A stretch of DNA of 41,769 bases from Gammaproteobacteria bacterium (GCA_030950195.1 JAUZRS010000175.1:1-41769), one strand, 5' to 3'. Positions 28,443-38,272 are shown, counted from the stretch's first letter. The notes: generated from the sequence alone by a model not told the origin. Translations and numbers: made by a program.

Positions 28443-28468
28443 TAGGGGCGGATTCTATATCCGCCCTG
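28443..28468 (+). repeat. REP-like palindromic unit (GTAG-headed)
   Basis: GTAGGGGCGGATTCTATATCCGCCCT. The perfect stem GGGCGGAT (28446-28453) pairs with ATCCGCCC (28459-28466), with a 5-nt loop. Confidence 0.65.
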
Positions 28469-28494
28469 TTCATGTTAGGGGATGGTTTAGGCAT

Positions 28495-28521
28495 AAAAAA
28501 GGGCGACTTTGTGAGTCGCCC
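28495..28521 (-). terminator. Rho-independent terminator of the pnt operon (minus strand)
   Basis: The stem GGGCGACT (28501-28508) pairs with AGTCGCCC (28514-28521). A6 at 28495-28500 becomes a U-tract on the minus strand. It lies 27 nt after the pntB stop. Confidence 0.8.
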
Positions 28522-28547
28522 TTTGTCTTAACGTACAACGGTTTGAG

Positions 28548-29924
28548 TTAGAGCGCTTTCACACCGGCAATCAACTCCGCCACCACCTTTTGCCCATCGC
28601 CGTAACAGAGACGGGTGTTGTCGGCAAAAAACAGCTCATTCTCGATGCCAGAAAAACCGGTGCCTTGGCCGCGTTTAATCACGATCACATTGTCCGCTTT
28701 GTCGGCATCCAAAATCGGCATCCCATAAATGGGGCTGCTTTTATTGCTGCGCGCAGCGGGGTTAACCACGTCGTTGGCACCGATCACCAGCGCCACATTG
28801 GTGCTGTCGAATTCAGAGTTGATCTCATCCAGATCGGCGATTTTTTCATACGGCACACCGGCTTCCGCCAGCAGCACGTTCATGTGACCGGGCATCCGAC
28901 CGGCAACGGGATGGATGGCAAATTTCACCGACACTCCCCGATCTTCCAGCAGCTCGGCCAACTCCCACAATTTGTGCTGTGCTTGCGCGACGGCCAGACC
29001 GTAACCGGGGATGATGATGACTTTCTCGGCGTAGGTGAGGGTGATGGCCGCATCGGAGGCTTCCACCGCTTTCATGCTGCCGCTGGGGCCTTCGTTGTCA
29101 CCGGCATCACCGCTTTCACCAAAGCTGGAGAAGAGCACGTTGCTGATGGAGCGGTTCATCGCTTTGGCCATTAACATCGTCAGCATGGTGCCCGAAGCAC
29201 CTACCACGGTACCGGCGATCATCATCGCGGGGTTGCCCAGCACATAACCTTCAAAGCCAACAGCCAGACCGGTGAGGGCGTTGAAGAGTGAAATCACCAC
29301 CGGCATATCTGCGCCACCGATGGGGGCGGTTACCAGCGCACCCAAGAGCAGAGCCATGCCGAAGAACAAGGCCAGCAGACAGATACACGTTTCAGGGCTG
29401 ATAATGATCTGCACCCCGACGGCCACAGTGCCGAGGAAGAGAGCCAAGTTGATCCACGACAGGCCGGGGAAACGCAGTGCCTTGCGGATGATGCCTTGCA
29501 GTTTGGCAAACGCGATCAAGGAGCCAGAGAAGGCGATGGTGCCGATAAAGGCACCGAGTAGCGCCAGAATCTCCACCGTCAGAGTGAGGTTGGTGCCTTT
29601 GACCAACTCGATGGCAGCGATGGCCGCCGCTGCGCCACCCCCCATGCCGTTGTAGAGGGCGATCATCTGCGGCATGTCGGTCATGGCGACCCGTTTGCCA
29701 CTCACCCAAGCGAGTACGGAGCTGAGGACGATGGCGGTGATCATCAAACCGATGTTGTTCAGATTGGGTTCAAGGAAGGTCACCAGCGTGGCGAGCAGCA
29801 TACCGATGCCCGCCCAGACGATGCCCCCGCGAGCGGTGAGCGGTGAGCTCATGCGCTTGAGGCCGATGATGAACAGTGCCGCAGCGACTAAATAAGTGCT
29901 TTGAATCAGCAGTGATGCGTCCAT
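28548..29924 (-). CDS. pntB: NAD(P) transhydrogenase subunit beta
   Basis: 458 aa. The N-terminal half is multi-TM. The C-terminal NADP(H) domain carries IIPGYGLAVAQAQH, FAIHPVAGRMPGHMNVLLAEA and GANDVVNPAA. Confidence 0.93.
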   Translation of the reverse strand: MDASLLIQSTYLVAAALFIIGLKRMSSPLTARGGIVWAGIGMLLATLVTFLEPNLNNIGLMITAIVLSSVLAWVSGKRVAMTDMPQMIALYNGMGGGAAAAIAAIELVKGTNLTLTVEILALLGAFIGTIAFSGSLIAFAKLQGIIRKALRFPGLSWINLALFLGTVAVGVQIIISPETCICLLALFFGMALLLGALVTAPIGGADMPVVISLFNALTGLAVGFEGYVLGNPAMMIAGTVVGASGTMLTMLMAKAMNRSISNVLFSSFGESGDAGDNEGPSGSMKAVEASDAAITLTYAEKVIIIPGYGLAVAQAQHKLWELAELLEDRGVSVKFAIHPVAGRMPGHMNVLLAEAGVPYEKIADLDEINSEFDSTNVALVIGANDVVNPAARSNKSSPIYGMPILDADKADNVIVIKRGQGTGFSGIENELFFADNTRLCYGDGQKVVAELIAGVKAL

Positions 29925-30211
29925 TATTTGCCCCCCTTGCGGCCAGTGAACATCTCTAACATGCGTTCCGTGACCACGTAACCGCCAACGGCGTTACCGG
30001 CGGCCAGAAAGACGGCGATAAAACCGATGCTCTGTTCCAATGCGCCTTCGGCGTGACCGAGGGCGACCATTGCGCCCACCAGCACGATGCCGTGGACGAA
30101 GTTGGTGCCGGACATCAGCGGGGTGTGCAGAATCACCGGTACTTTAGAGATCACCTCAAAGCCGGTGAAGGCGGCGAGCATAAAAATATAGAGTGCGATA
30201 AAACCTTCCAT
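29924..30211 (-). CDS. pntAB: NAD(P) transhydrogenase subunit alpha, part 2 (membrane)
   Basis: 95 aa with three TM segments. HTPLMSGTNFVHGIVLVGA is the conserved motif. It sits between pntAA and pntB. Confidence 0.85.
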   Translation of the reverse strand: MEGFIALYIFMLAAFTGFEVISKVPVILHTPLMSGTNFVHGIVLVGAMVALGHAEGALEQSIGFIAVFLAAGNAVGGYVVTERMLEMFTGRKGGK

Positions 30212-31342
30212 TTAAGCCTCTCCTTCAATCAGTGTGGCGGTGGGCGGGTGAGTGATCTTTCCCTCATGGGTGAGCAGACAGCCTTTGATCACATCGTCGT
30301 CAAAATCAATCTTCAGCTCGCCCTCTTCAATCATCAGAGTGAGCAGGTTGAGCAAATTCTTGGCGTACATTTCCGAGGCATGAAACGGCGCTTCGCTGGC
30401 GATGTTTAACGGCCCGTGCAGAATTTTGCTCTTGTAGTGAATCGTCTTTCCCGCTTCGGTCAGTTCGCAGTTGCCGCCGGTTTCGGCCGCCAGATCGACG
30501 ATCACCGCGCCCGGTTTCATGCCGTCCACCATCGCTGTGCTGATGATTTTGGGCGCAGGGCGACCGGGAATGGCAGCGGTGGAGATGACCGCATCGGCTT
30601 TGGCCAGATGCTGCGCCAGCACGTCGGCTTGCTGCTGCTTCTCTTCGTCGGTCAGTTCACGGGCGTAACCGCCTTCACCTTCGGCGTTAACGCCGGTGTC
30701 GATCATTTTTGCCCCCAGAGACTCCACCTGTTCACGAGCAGCGGGACGAATGTCGTAGGCTTCCACCTGAGCACCGAGACGGCGAGCGGTGGCGATGGCT
30801 TGCAGACCAGCAACACCGGCACCAATGACGACCACTTTGCTGGGGCGAATGGTGCCTGCTGCGGTGGTCAGCATGGGGAAGAAACGCGGCACCAGTGAGG
30901 CGGCCATCAAGACTGCTTTGTAACCGGCGACGGTGGCTTGCGAGGAGAGTGAATCCATCGCTTGGGCGCGGGTGATGCGCGGAATCAGCTCCATCGCCAT
31001 GCAGGTGATGTTGTTGGCTTGCAGGGCTTTGACCAAGGCTTGATTTTGGTGGGCGTAGATGTGGCTAATGAGCAGTGAGCCGCTTTTTAGCTGTGCAATT
31101 TCCGCTTCGCTGGGCGGTTGCACCCGCAGTAGGATATCGGCTTCTTTTAGCGCGGCTGCGGCGTTTTCAACCAGATGGGCATCACCGTAGCTGTCGTTGG
31201 TGAAATAAGCGGGATCACCGGCACCGGTCTCCAGTAGGATTTCAGCGCCCATTTTTTTCAGGCGACTGACGACGCTGGGGTCGAGTGCGACGCGGCGTTC
31301 ATCGGCAACGGTCTCTTTGAGAACCGCAATTTTAATTGACAT
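30212..31342 (-). CDS. pntAA: NAD(P) transhydrogenase subunit alpha, part 1 (NAD(H)-binding dI)
   Basis: Contains KETVADERRVAL, the alanine-dehydrogenase/PNT fold and the Rossmann motif VVVIGAGVAGLQAIATARRLGA. Confidence 0.92.
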   Translation of the reverse strand: MSIKIAVLKETVADERRVALDPSVVSRLKKMGAEILLETGAGDPAYFTNDSYGDAHLVENAAAALKEADILLRVQPPSEAEIAQLKSGSLLISHIYAHQNQALVKALQANNITCMAMELIPRITRAQAMDSLSSQATVAGYKAVLMAASLVPRFFPMLTTAAGTIRPSKVVVIGAGVAGLQAIATARRLGAQVEAYDIRPAAREQVESLGAKMIDTGVNAEGEGGYARELTDEEKQQQADVLAQHLAKADAVISTAAIPGRPAPKIISTAMVDGMKPGAVIVDLAAETGGNCELTEAGKTIHYKSKILHGPLNIASEAPFHASEMYAKNLLNLLTLMIEEGELKIDFDDDVIKGCLLTHEGKITHPPTATLIEGEA

Positions 31343-31523
31343 GGATTAGTCTCCGAGTTGTTGATTTCCTGTTGCAGAGAGGGGGTTGTTTTAGCTTCTG
31401 GCTCAGGAAAGCAAGCACAATGTGGTCAAGGGTAAGGTAAAGATGGCGGAATATTACCTTATCTAGCAGGTGGGTTAAATGCCGTGCCTCTCAAAATGCA
31501 GCTTAGATGCTTAGAATTGGATC

Positions 31524-32324
31524 TTAATTTTGGATGTACTTCAATTCTTGTTGGTAACGAACGTGTTGTGAAACGGGAATAATGCTTACGCCAACCGTGC
31601 TGAGATTCTCTAGCTCAGATTCCAATACATTAATGGTGCTGGTATGGGGGTGGGCGATGGCCAGAGCGGAACCGTTCTCTTTGGCTTTTTTGATCAACAA
31701 TTGGAATTGCTGGCGGATGTAGTGTTCATCTTGACGGTTGTCGAGAAAAAGATCCCGAGATTGGGCGGCGAGGCCGTGTTGAATGGCGCTTTGATAGGCG
31801 ATGGTTTTGGCGGTGGTGCGGCTGTCGATAAAAAACAATGTGCCCCAGTTGGCCAGCTCTTCCATGACGATGTCCATCGGTTTTTTTTGGCTGGTGAGTA
31901 GACTGCCCATGTGATTATTAACCCCCACGGCATCGGGCAGTGATTGCAGGTTGTCGTGCAAGGTATGACGAAAATCTGCATCAGACATACCCAGCCTTAA
32001 GCTGCCAGGACCAAGATAACGATTGTTTTTTAGCGCCTGCATCGGCAGATGCAGCATGATTTCTTTGTTAAAGCGGTAGGCGAGTTGTTGCAAGGTTTGG
32101 CTGTGAGGGGTGTGAGGTAAGATAGAGAGGGTAATAGGGTAAGGCAGTTGTAGAATGCGTTTGCCGATGGCGAGATCATTGCCAATATCATCAATGATAA
32201 TGCTGATGTAGGGTAGTGGAGGAGCGGTTTTAGGTGGGGGGCTTGGCTGCTGTTGAATAAGATCAACAGGAGCGCAAGCGGTAAGCAGCAGGACAATGAT
32301 CAGCGTTAAGAATGTGCCTTTCAT
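31524..32324 (-). CDS. yibQ: Divergent polysaccharide deacetylase family protein (YibQ-like)
   Basis: Lipoprotein-like N-terminus (LLLTAC). Contains ISIIIDDIGN, LSILPHTPHS and VGVNNHMGS. It is positioned after envC-ctpA as in E. coli. Confidence 0.75.
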   Translation of the reverse strand: MKGTFLTLIIVLLLTACAPVDLIQQQPSPPPKTAPPLPYISIIIDDIGNDLAIGKRILQLPYPITLSILPHTPHSQTLQQLAYRFNKEIMLHLPMQALKNNRYLGPGSLRLGMSDADFRHTLHDNLQSLPDAVGVNNHMGSLLTSQKKPMDIVMEELANWGTLFFIDSRTTAKTIAYQSAIQHGLAAQSRDLFLDNRQDEHYIRQQFQLLIKKAKENGSALAIAHPHTSTINVLESELENLSTVGVSIIPVSQHVRYQQELKYIQN

Positions 32325-32336
32325 TGTTGCTTTGGT

Positions 32337-33686
32337 TTAATGACTGGCTTGTAAGATGGACAAGCCTTTAAGCATATTGAGGGCTTCGTAGAGGGCGTAA
32401 TCTTCCTCATCTAAATTGGTGCCTTTATCCTCTGTTTTATCTTTCTCAGAAGATTTATCTGCTGCCTCTTTATTTTGCTCATCATTGTCGGCATTGCCAT
32501 TTGTTAGATGGCCATTGAGGTTGGCTTCCGTTAGTGGCTTGATTTCGTCAGCTGATTTTTTCTGTTTTTCCAGAGTCAATCTAGCGACTTTGATGTCAGG
32601 CTCAATGCCTTCGGCTTGGATGGAGCGGCCTGAGGGGGTGTAATAACGTGCGGTGGTGAGTTTGACCGCACCGCCGCCGTTCAGCTCTTGAATGGTCTGC
32701 ACCGAACCTTTGCCAAAACTTTTGGTACCTAAAATCACTGCACGTTTGTGGTCTTGCAGCGCACCGGCAACAATTTCCGAGGCGGAAGCAGAGCCGCCAT
32801 TAATCAATAAGATCAGCGCTGCACCGTCAATGGCATCGCCTGGGGTGGCGTTGTAACGCAGCTCGGAATCGCTAACACGGCCTTCGGTGTAGACGATTAG
32901 ACCTTTGTTTAAAAAGGCATCGGAGACACCGACCGCAGCAGAGAGCACACCGCCTGGATTGTTGCGCAGATCAAGCACCAAACCTTTGAGTGGCTTTTTG
33001 TTCTCTTCGATCAGCTCTTCAATCGCTTCTAACAAACTGGTGGTGGTTTTGACTTGGAAACTGGAGATGCGTACATACCCAAAGTCTTCATCTAACAGGC
33101 GACGTTTGACGCTGTTGACCCGAATGATGGCGCGTGTCACTTTTATTTTCAGCGGTTTGCCCGCGCCTTCACGGGCGATGGTCAATAAGATGTCGGTGCC
33201 GGGTTTACCACGCATGATTTTGACTGCGTCGTTGAGGGTCAGCCCTTTGACCGGCTGATCGTCAAGACGAATGATCAAGTCACCGCTCTGCACTCCGGCT
33301 TTTTGGGCGGGAGTATCATCAATGGGCGAGACCACTTTGACAAAGCCGTCTTCCATGCTGACCTCAATGCCAAGGCCACCAAATTGGCCTGTGGTACCAA
33401 TTTTTAGCTCTTTAAACTCCTCTTCGTTGAGAAAAGAGGAGTGAGGGTCTAAGCCGGTGAGCATGCCACGAATGGCGTTTTCCAACAGCTCTTTGTCACT
33501 GACTTCTTCTACATAGTTTTTCTTGATGCGTGTCAGCACGTCGGTCAAGTTACGTAGCTCGTTTAATGGCATCGACTCGGCGGAACTGTCTCGCAAGGCA
33601 AAAACACCTTGACCGAGGGTTAAGGAAGCGCCGAGCACCATGCCCAAAATAATGAGCAGCGATGTGCGAGTCTTAGCAAGCATCAA
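32337..33686 (-). CDS. ctpA: S41-family carboxy-terminal processing protease
   Basis: Contains a PDZ domain (GGLGIEV...VVSPIDDTPAQKAGVQSGDLIIRLD) and the S41 catalytic blocks LRNNPGG, GGSASASEIVAGALQD and SFGKGSVQT. Confidence 0.88.
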   Translation of the reverse strand: MMLAKTRTSLLIILGMVLGASLTLGQGVFALRDSSAESMPLNELRNLTDVLTRIKKNYVEEVSDKELLENAIRGMLTGLDPHSSFLNEEEFKELKIGTTGQFGGLGIEVSMEDGFVKVVSPIDDTPAQKAGVQSGDLIIRLDDQPVKGLTLNDAVKIMRGKPGTDILLTIAREGAGKPLKIKVTRAIIRVNSVKRRLLDEDFGYVRISSFQVKTTTSLLEAIEELIEENKKPLKGLVLDLRNNPGGVLSAAVGVSDAFLNKGLIVYTEGRVSDSELRYNATPGDAIDGAALILLINGGSASASEIVAGALQDHKRAVILGTKSFGKGSVQTIQELNGGGAVKLTTARYYTPSGRSIQAEGIEPDIKVARLTLEKQKKSADEIKPLTEANLNGHLTNGNADNDEQNKEAADKSSEKDKTEDKGTNLDEEDYALYEALNMLKGLSILQASH

Positions 33687-33793
33687 ATTCTCCTAAAATG
33701 CAGAGGGGTGAATCCATTAATTGAAGGTGTGAGTGTAACATTGAGGTGATAAGCATATCTCATCCCTGATCGTTAACGACGTGCCGTTGAGGC

Positions 33794-34942
33794 CTATTTT
33801 TTTAGCCATGGACGTGGATTAATGGGTGCACCACGGCGACGGATTTCGAAGTATACCCCAGTCCGGCTTTGGCCGCCTGTGTCACCCACGGTGGCAATCA
33901 CGTCATTGGGTTGTACCCAATCGCCACTTTCTTTTAATAAGCTTTGATTGTGGCCGTAGAGGCTCATGTAGTGCTTACCGTGATCAATGATAATAATATT
34001 GCCAAAGCCTTGTAACCAATCGGCAAACACCACTTGACCATAATAGACGTTATGTACTTGTTGGCCACGTGGAGCTCTGATGATCATGCCGCGCCAGCGC
34101 AGTTCACCTAACCCTCGTGAACTGCCGTAACGGGTCACGATTCGACCACGAGTTGGCCAAGGGAGTTTGCCTTTCAATTTGGCAAAGGGGCGTTTTTTCA
34201 TCGGAGGCAATGGAATATCCGCGAGGCGTTCACTGAGTGATTGCAGCAGTCGTTCCAGTTGCCGTTGTTGTTGTTTTAATTGTGTTAGACGTTTCTTATC
34301 GCTATTGAGCGTGCGATTGATGGCAACAAGAGCCTCTTTTCGGTTTTTTTGACCGTTTTTTAGCTCTTTTTGCTCTATCAGCAACTGGGCATGGGTGCGT
34401 GCCAGTAGCTGACTGGTTGTGATGCTTTTCTGTTCCACTTGTCGCAGCTCTTGTCTGAGTTGGTTGAGTTGTTTGATGTTGTCGGTGCGCGCTTGGGTTA
34501 AGTAGGTGGCCAGTGTCAGGGTGCGGTTGATGCTGCTGGGGTCTTGCTGGTTAAAAAAGAGCCTCAGAGTGTGTTGTTCGCCAATGCGATGAGCTGCGCG
34601 CAGTTGCCGTGCCAGTGTGGCGCGCTGCTGTTTTAGTTGCTGGCTGAGAGGTTGTTTACGCTGTTGGAGTTTTTTCAACGCACGGCTTTGTTGGCGAATT
34701 TTTTGCTTTTGTTGGCTGATTTTGCGATTTAATGTGCTGACCAGCTGTTCGGCTTTTTTTAATTGCTGTTGTTGTAGGCTTCGCTTTTTTTTCTGCGAGC
34801 TGATCTGGCTGCTGAGTCGGTCTATCTGGTTGCTGAGACGCTTTAACTCTTTGTTGTGCTGTTCAATTTCTTGACTGGCCGAGGCCAAAAAGGGTGTGGT
34901 AAGGCTGAAACTGAGCAGCAGAGCGGCGACAAATATCTTCAT
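33794..34942 (-). CDS. envC: Murein hydrolase activator EnvC-like (coiled coil plus M23/LytM domain)
   Basis: Signal peptide, then a long Q/K/R/L coiled coil. The C-terminal LytM domain carries GQVVFADWLQGFGNIIIIDHG..YMSLYGHN. Confidence 0.8.
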   Translation of the reverse strand: MKIFVAALLLSFSLTTPFLASASQEIEQHNKELKRLSNQIDRLSSQISSQKKKRSLQQQQLKKAEQLVSTLNRKISQQKQKIRQQSRALKKLQQRKQPLSQQLKQQRATLARQLRAAHRIGEQHTLRLFFNQQDPSSINRTLTLATYLTQARTDNIKQLNQLRQELRQVEQKSITTSQLLARTHAQLLIEQKELKNGQKNRKEALVAINRTLNSDKKRLTQLKQQQRQLERLLQSLSERLADIPLPPMKKRPFAKLKGKLPWPTRGRIVTRYGSSRGLGELRWRGMIIRAPRGQQVHNVYYGQVVFADWLQGFGNIIIIDHGKHYMSLYGHNQSLLKESGDWVQPNDVIATVGDTGGQSRTGVYFEIRRRGAPINPRPWLKK

Positions 34943-35141
34943 TATTGGCGTGTCTAGTGGAAACTGTTGCTGATTTTAGCTGTTCTTCTGCTGAAAATGG
35001 GATTGTTTTTGCCAGTTTTTTGTAAAAAAGACGGAATTTTTCCATAAAGTAGTTAAAGTGTTTGGAAAAAGTGCTGTATAATGTTTTCCTAATATTCTTA
35101 AATAGCAACGAAATGGTTTGGTTTTTATGAGGCTTGAAGTG

Positions 35142-35459
35142 ATGTTGTCAAAAACGACGCAGTTGATGACTCAGGATGAAGACATTGAACGTGCATCACG
35201 TTCTTTGAAAGCAATGTCTCATCCTTTGCGATTGAAAATTCTCTGTACCTTGGGTGACGATGAGGTCAGTGTGCAGGAGATTGTTGCGAATGTGGGTACC
35301 TCACAGAGCAATATTTCCCAGCATTTGGCCATCTTACGTGACAAGGGCATCTTGGCGTCGAGAAAAGACGCCAACCGTGTATACTACCGCGTCGGTGACG
35401 CGCGTACCTTGCGTCTGATCAGCATGATGCAGGAAGTGTTCTGCACTCGCATACTGTAA
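35142..35459 (+). CDS. ArsR/SmtB-family transcriptional regulator, YgaV-like (two conserved Cys)
   Basis: LKAMSHPLRLKILCTL..VQEIV..SQSNISQHLAILRDKGIL..R..RVYY is an ArsR winged HTH. Cys residues occur in ILC and in the C-terminal VFCTRIL, as I recall for E. coli YgaV. The ATG at 35142 was chosen because GAGG lies 9 nt upstream; the ORF track starts at TTG 35118. Confidence 0.78.
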   Translation: MLSKTTQLMTQDEDIERASRSLKAMSHPLRLKILCTLGDDEVSVQEIVANVGTSQSNISQHLAILRDKGILASRKDANRVYYRVGDARTLRLISMMQEVFCTRIL

Positions 35460-35483
35460 GAAAGTATCATTTGGAGCTTGTGA

Positions 35484-35909
35484 ATGCAGCAGTATCTGGA
35501 GTTTGTCGGTAATCATCCTTACCTTTTCATTGCCCTTGCAATCACGATTGTTTTTATCGTCTACGGTGAGTATCAACGCCGTTTCCGTGGTTTTGATGAG
35601 CTGTCTGCGACACAGGCAATTCTAAAACAGAATCATGAAAATGCGCTTTTTTTGGATATCCGAGAGCGCTCTGAATACAGTCAAGGTCATTTGGTGGAGT
35701 GTAAGCACATTGTGCTTTCTGAGCTGGACAAAAAACTCAGCGAGCTGGACAAATATAAACAGCAACCTTTGATTGTCTACTGTGCTTCAGGCAATCGTTC
35801 TTTGGGTGCCTGCGCCAAACTGAAAAAAGCTGGGTTTGAATCGGTTTACAGTTTGGCGGGTGGTTTGTACGCTTGGCAGAAAGCCAATTTGCCCGTTGTG
35901 ACCAAGTAG
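35484..35909 (+). CDS. Membrane-anchored single-domain rhodanese (YibN-like sulfurtransferase)
   Basis: N-terminal TM (YLFIALAITIVFIVY). The rhodanese fold has the active-site loop CASGNRS. The position upstream of grxC-secB-gpsA matches E. coli yibN. Confidence 0.8.
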   Translation: MQQYLEFVGNHPYLFIALAITIVFIVYGEYQRRFRGFDELSATQAILKQNHENALFLDIRERSEYSQGHLVECKHIVLSELDKKLSELDKYKQQPLIVYCASGNRSLGACAKLKKAGFESVYSLAGGLYAWQKANLPVVTK

Positions 35910-35918
35910 GATAGTCGT

Positions 35919-36182
35919 ATGGCTCCTGAAATTATCGTCTACGCCATGGCCGCTTGCCCCTATTGTGCTTGGGCGAAACGTCTGCTTAATGCTAAAGGTG
36001 TTGAGTTTGATGTGCGCTCTGTTGATGGTCGTCCTGATCTGTGGGCTGAAGTGGAAGATCGCACCGGAAGAAGCACGGTGCCGCAGATCTTTATTGGCGA
36101 TTACCATGTGGGCGGCTACGATGATCTTTCCGCACTGGAGCGCGACGGTCGTTTGGATTCGTTGCTGTTTCCTGCCAGTTAG
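35919..36182 (+). CDS. grxC: Glutaredoxin 3
   Basis: 87 aa. Contains the CPYC active site, TVPQIFI and GGYDDL. Confidence 0.9.
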   Translation: MAPEIIVYAMAACPYCAWAKRLLNAKGVEFDVRSVDGRPDLWAEVEDRTGRSTVPQIFIGDYHVGGYDDLSALERDGRLDSLLFPAS

Positions 36183-36299
36183 TCTGTTTTTTTACGATTT
36201 TAGCTGAATCTCTGCGCTCCTCTCTGGAGCCGTCAGGTGCATCCCTGTAGACTGCTCCCAGTTTTTTAATTCAATTTTATTGATCTCATGGAGCACCTC

Positions 36300-36794
36300 A
36301 TGGCAGAAAATGGCAGCAGTGACGTTAAACAGGAAGCATCTTCCGAATTTCAGATCCAAAAAGTCTATTTGAAAGACGTTTCGTTTGAATCCCCGCAATC
36401 CCCTGAGCTGTTTTCAAAAAACGGCAATTGGAACCCAGACATCAATTTACAGCTCAATACCGAATCAAAAACGGTGTCCGAGCATGTCTACGAGATTGTT
36501 TTAACCGTTACGGTGACGGCGACTCTGGAAGACAAAAGCACCGCGTTTTTGGTGGAGTTGAAGCAGGCGGGTATTTTTGTCATAAAAGGCTTTGATCAAG
36601 ATGCACTGGGTGGCATTGTGGGTAGCCACTGCCCTGGTATTTTGTTCCCCTTTGCCCGTGAAGCGGTGGCGGATTTGGTCGCCAAAGGCGGCTTTCCACA
36701 ACTGCTGCTTTCGCCGATCAATTTTGATGCACTCTATATGCAGCACTTAGAAAAAGTGAAACAAGGTATGGCGGCACCGCAAACGGCTCAATGA
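36300..36794 (+). CDS. secB: Protein-export chaperone SecB
   Basis: FQIQKVYLKDVSFESP is the SecB N-terminal hallmark; GAFCPNILFPYARE-like (CPGILFPFAREAV) is also present. The ATG at 36300 is preferred because GGAG lies 7 nt upstream. Confidence 0.9.
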   Translation: MAENGSSDVKQEASSEFQIQKVYLKDVSFESPQSPELFSKNGNWNPDINLQLNTESKTVSEHVYEIVLTVTVTATLEDKSTAFLVELKQAGIFVIKGFDQDALGGIVGSHCPGILFPFAREAVADLVAKGGFPQLLLSPINFDALYMQHLEKVKQGMAAPQTAQ

Positions 36795-37798
36795 GTGAGT
36801 TAATCAACATTGCGGTGCTTGGAGCCGGTTCTTGGGGCACGGCTTTGGCGGCTCTGTTGGCCAGAAATGGCCAACAGGCCACGCTCTGGGGGCGAGACTC
36901 AACCCAGATGAAGGAGATGGCGGCCTGTGCTGAAAACCGTCGTTATCTGTCCGGTTTCGACTTGCCAAAAAACTTGGCTTATTCCAGTGACCTGATGGCC
37001 AGTGTGACGGGTGTGGAAGCTATTTTGGTTGCTACGCCGAGCCACACTTTTCGTGTTTTATTGAAGACCCTTAAACCGTTATTGCAACCCTCTCAAGTGT
37101 TGATCTGTGCCTGTAAAGGTTTGGAGGTGGGCAGCGGTAAGTTTATTCATCAGATTGCCAAAGAGGAATTAGGGCTCGCCCAAGAGCTGGCACTAATCTC
37201 TGGCCCCACCTTTGCTCAAGAGGTCATGAGAGGCTTGCCAACAGCGATTACGGTGGCATCTGATTCAGCTGCGGTGGCAAAAAAAGTGGTGGATTGGCTG
37301 CACGGTGAACATTTTCGCCCCTATCGCAGCAGCGATTTGGTTGGCGTTGAGCTGGGTGGGGCGTTGAAAAACGTCTTGGCCATTGCTGCTGGCATTGCTG
37401 ATGGCCTCGGTTTTGGTGCCAATACGCGCGCGGCGTTGGTGACGCGTGGGTTGGCTGAGATGATGCGTTTGGGTATGGCACTGGATGCCAAACCGGAGAC
37501 CTTGATGGGGCTGGCGGGGATGGGTGATTTGGTCTTGACCTGTACCGATGATCTGTCACGCAATCGGCAGATGGGGCTGGCGTTGGCGCGTGGTCTGTCG
37601 GTGGAGGAGGCGCTGGAGGAGATTGGCCAAGCAGTGGAAGGGGTGAAAACTGCTCGTGAAGCGTGGCTGCTGGCACAGCGTTGGCAGGTGGATATGCCGA
37701 TTGTGGAGCAGGTCTATCGGGTGATTTATCAGCAGCATTCGCCCAAGCAAGCAGTACAGGATCTACTCAGCCGTGATCCTCGTGCGGAGGGCTGGTAA
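36791..37798 (+). CDS. gpsA: NAD(P)H-dependent glycerol-3-phosphate dehydrogenase
   Basis: Contains VLGAGSWGTALA, KGLE, GPTFAQEV, GALKNVLAIAAGI and GDLVLTCT..SRN. It overlaps the secB stop by 4 nt. Confidence 0.93.
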   Translation: MSELINIAVLGAGSWGTALAALLARNGQQATLWGRDSTQMKEMAACAENRRYLSGFDLPKNLAYSSDLMASVTGVEAILVATPSHTFRVLLKTLKPLLQPSQVLICACKGLEVGSGKFIHQIAKEELGLAQELALISGPTFAQEVMRGLPTAITVASDSAAVAKKVVDWLHGEHFRPYRSSDLVGVELGGALKNVLAIAAGIADGLGFGANTRAALVTRGLAEMMRLGMALDAKPETLMGLAGMGDLVLTCTDDLSRNRQMGLALARGLSVEEALEEIGQAVEGVKTAREAWLLAQRWQVDMPIVEQVYRVIYQQHSPKQAVQDLLSRDPRAEGW

Positions 37799-37811
37799 CA
37801 GTCACTTTTTT

Positions 37812-38272
37812 CTATTGGCTGCCGTTAAAATCGAGTTGTCGCCACAGTTCATAAACCATGATGGCCACGGCGTTGGAGAGGTTCAGGCTGCGGCTGTTGG
37901 CGCACATCGGCAGCCGTAGGCGTTGTTCTGCAGGCAGAGACTGAATGATCTCTGTGGGCAGGCCTCGGGTTTCAGGGCCAAACAGCAGCATGTCTTCGGC
38001 TTGGAAGTGTGCTTCTGTGTGGCGTTGCTGGCCGTGAGTGGTGCAGGCAAACAGCCGTGCTTGCGGCTGCTGCGCTAAAAAATGCTCAAATGAAGTGTAT
38101 TCTTTAAGGGTTGCCCACTCGCGGTAATCCAAACCTGCTCGGCGCAGCCGTTTGTCATCTAACTCAAATCCCAGTGGGTGAATCAGGTGCAGTTGAGCAC
38201 CGGTATTGGCACAGAGGCGAATGATATTGCCACTGTTGGGGGCAATTTCCGGTTGGTAGAGAACAACGTGCA

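Noticed and set aside
28548-31342. Three-gene pntAA-pntAB-pntB as something unusual
   Set aside because: A split alpha subunit is a well-known arrangement (for example Rhodospirillum rubrum). It is ordinary.
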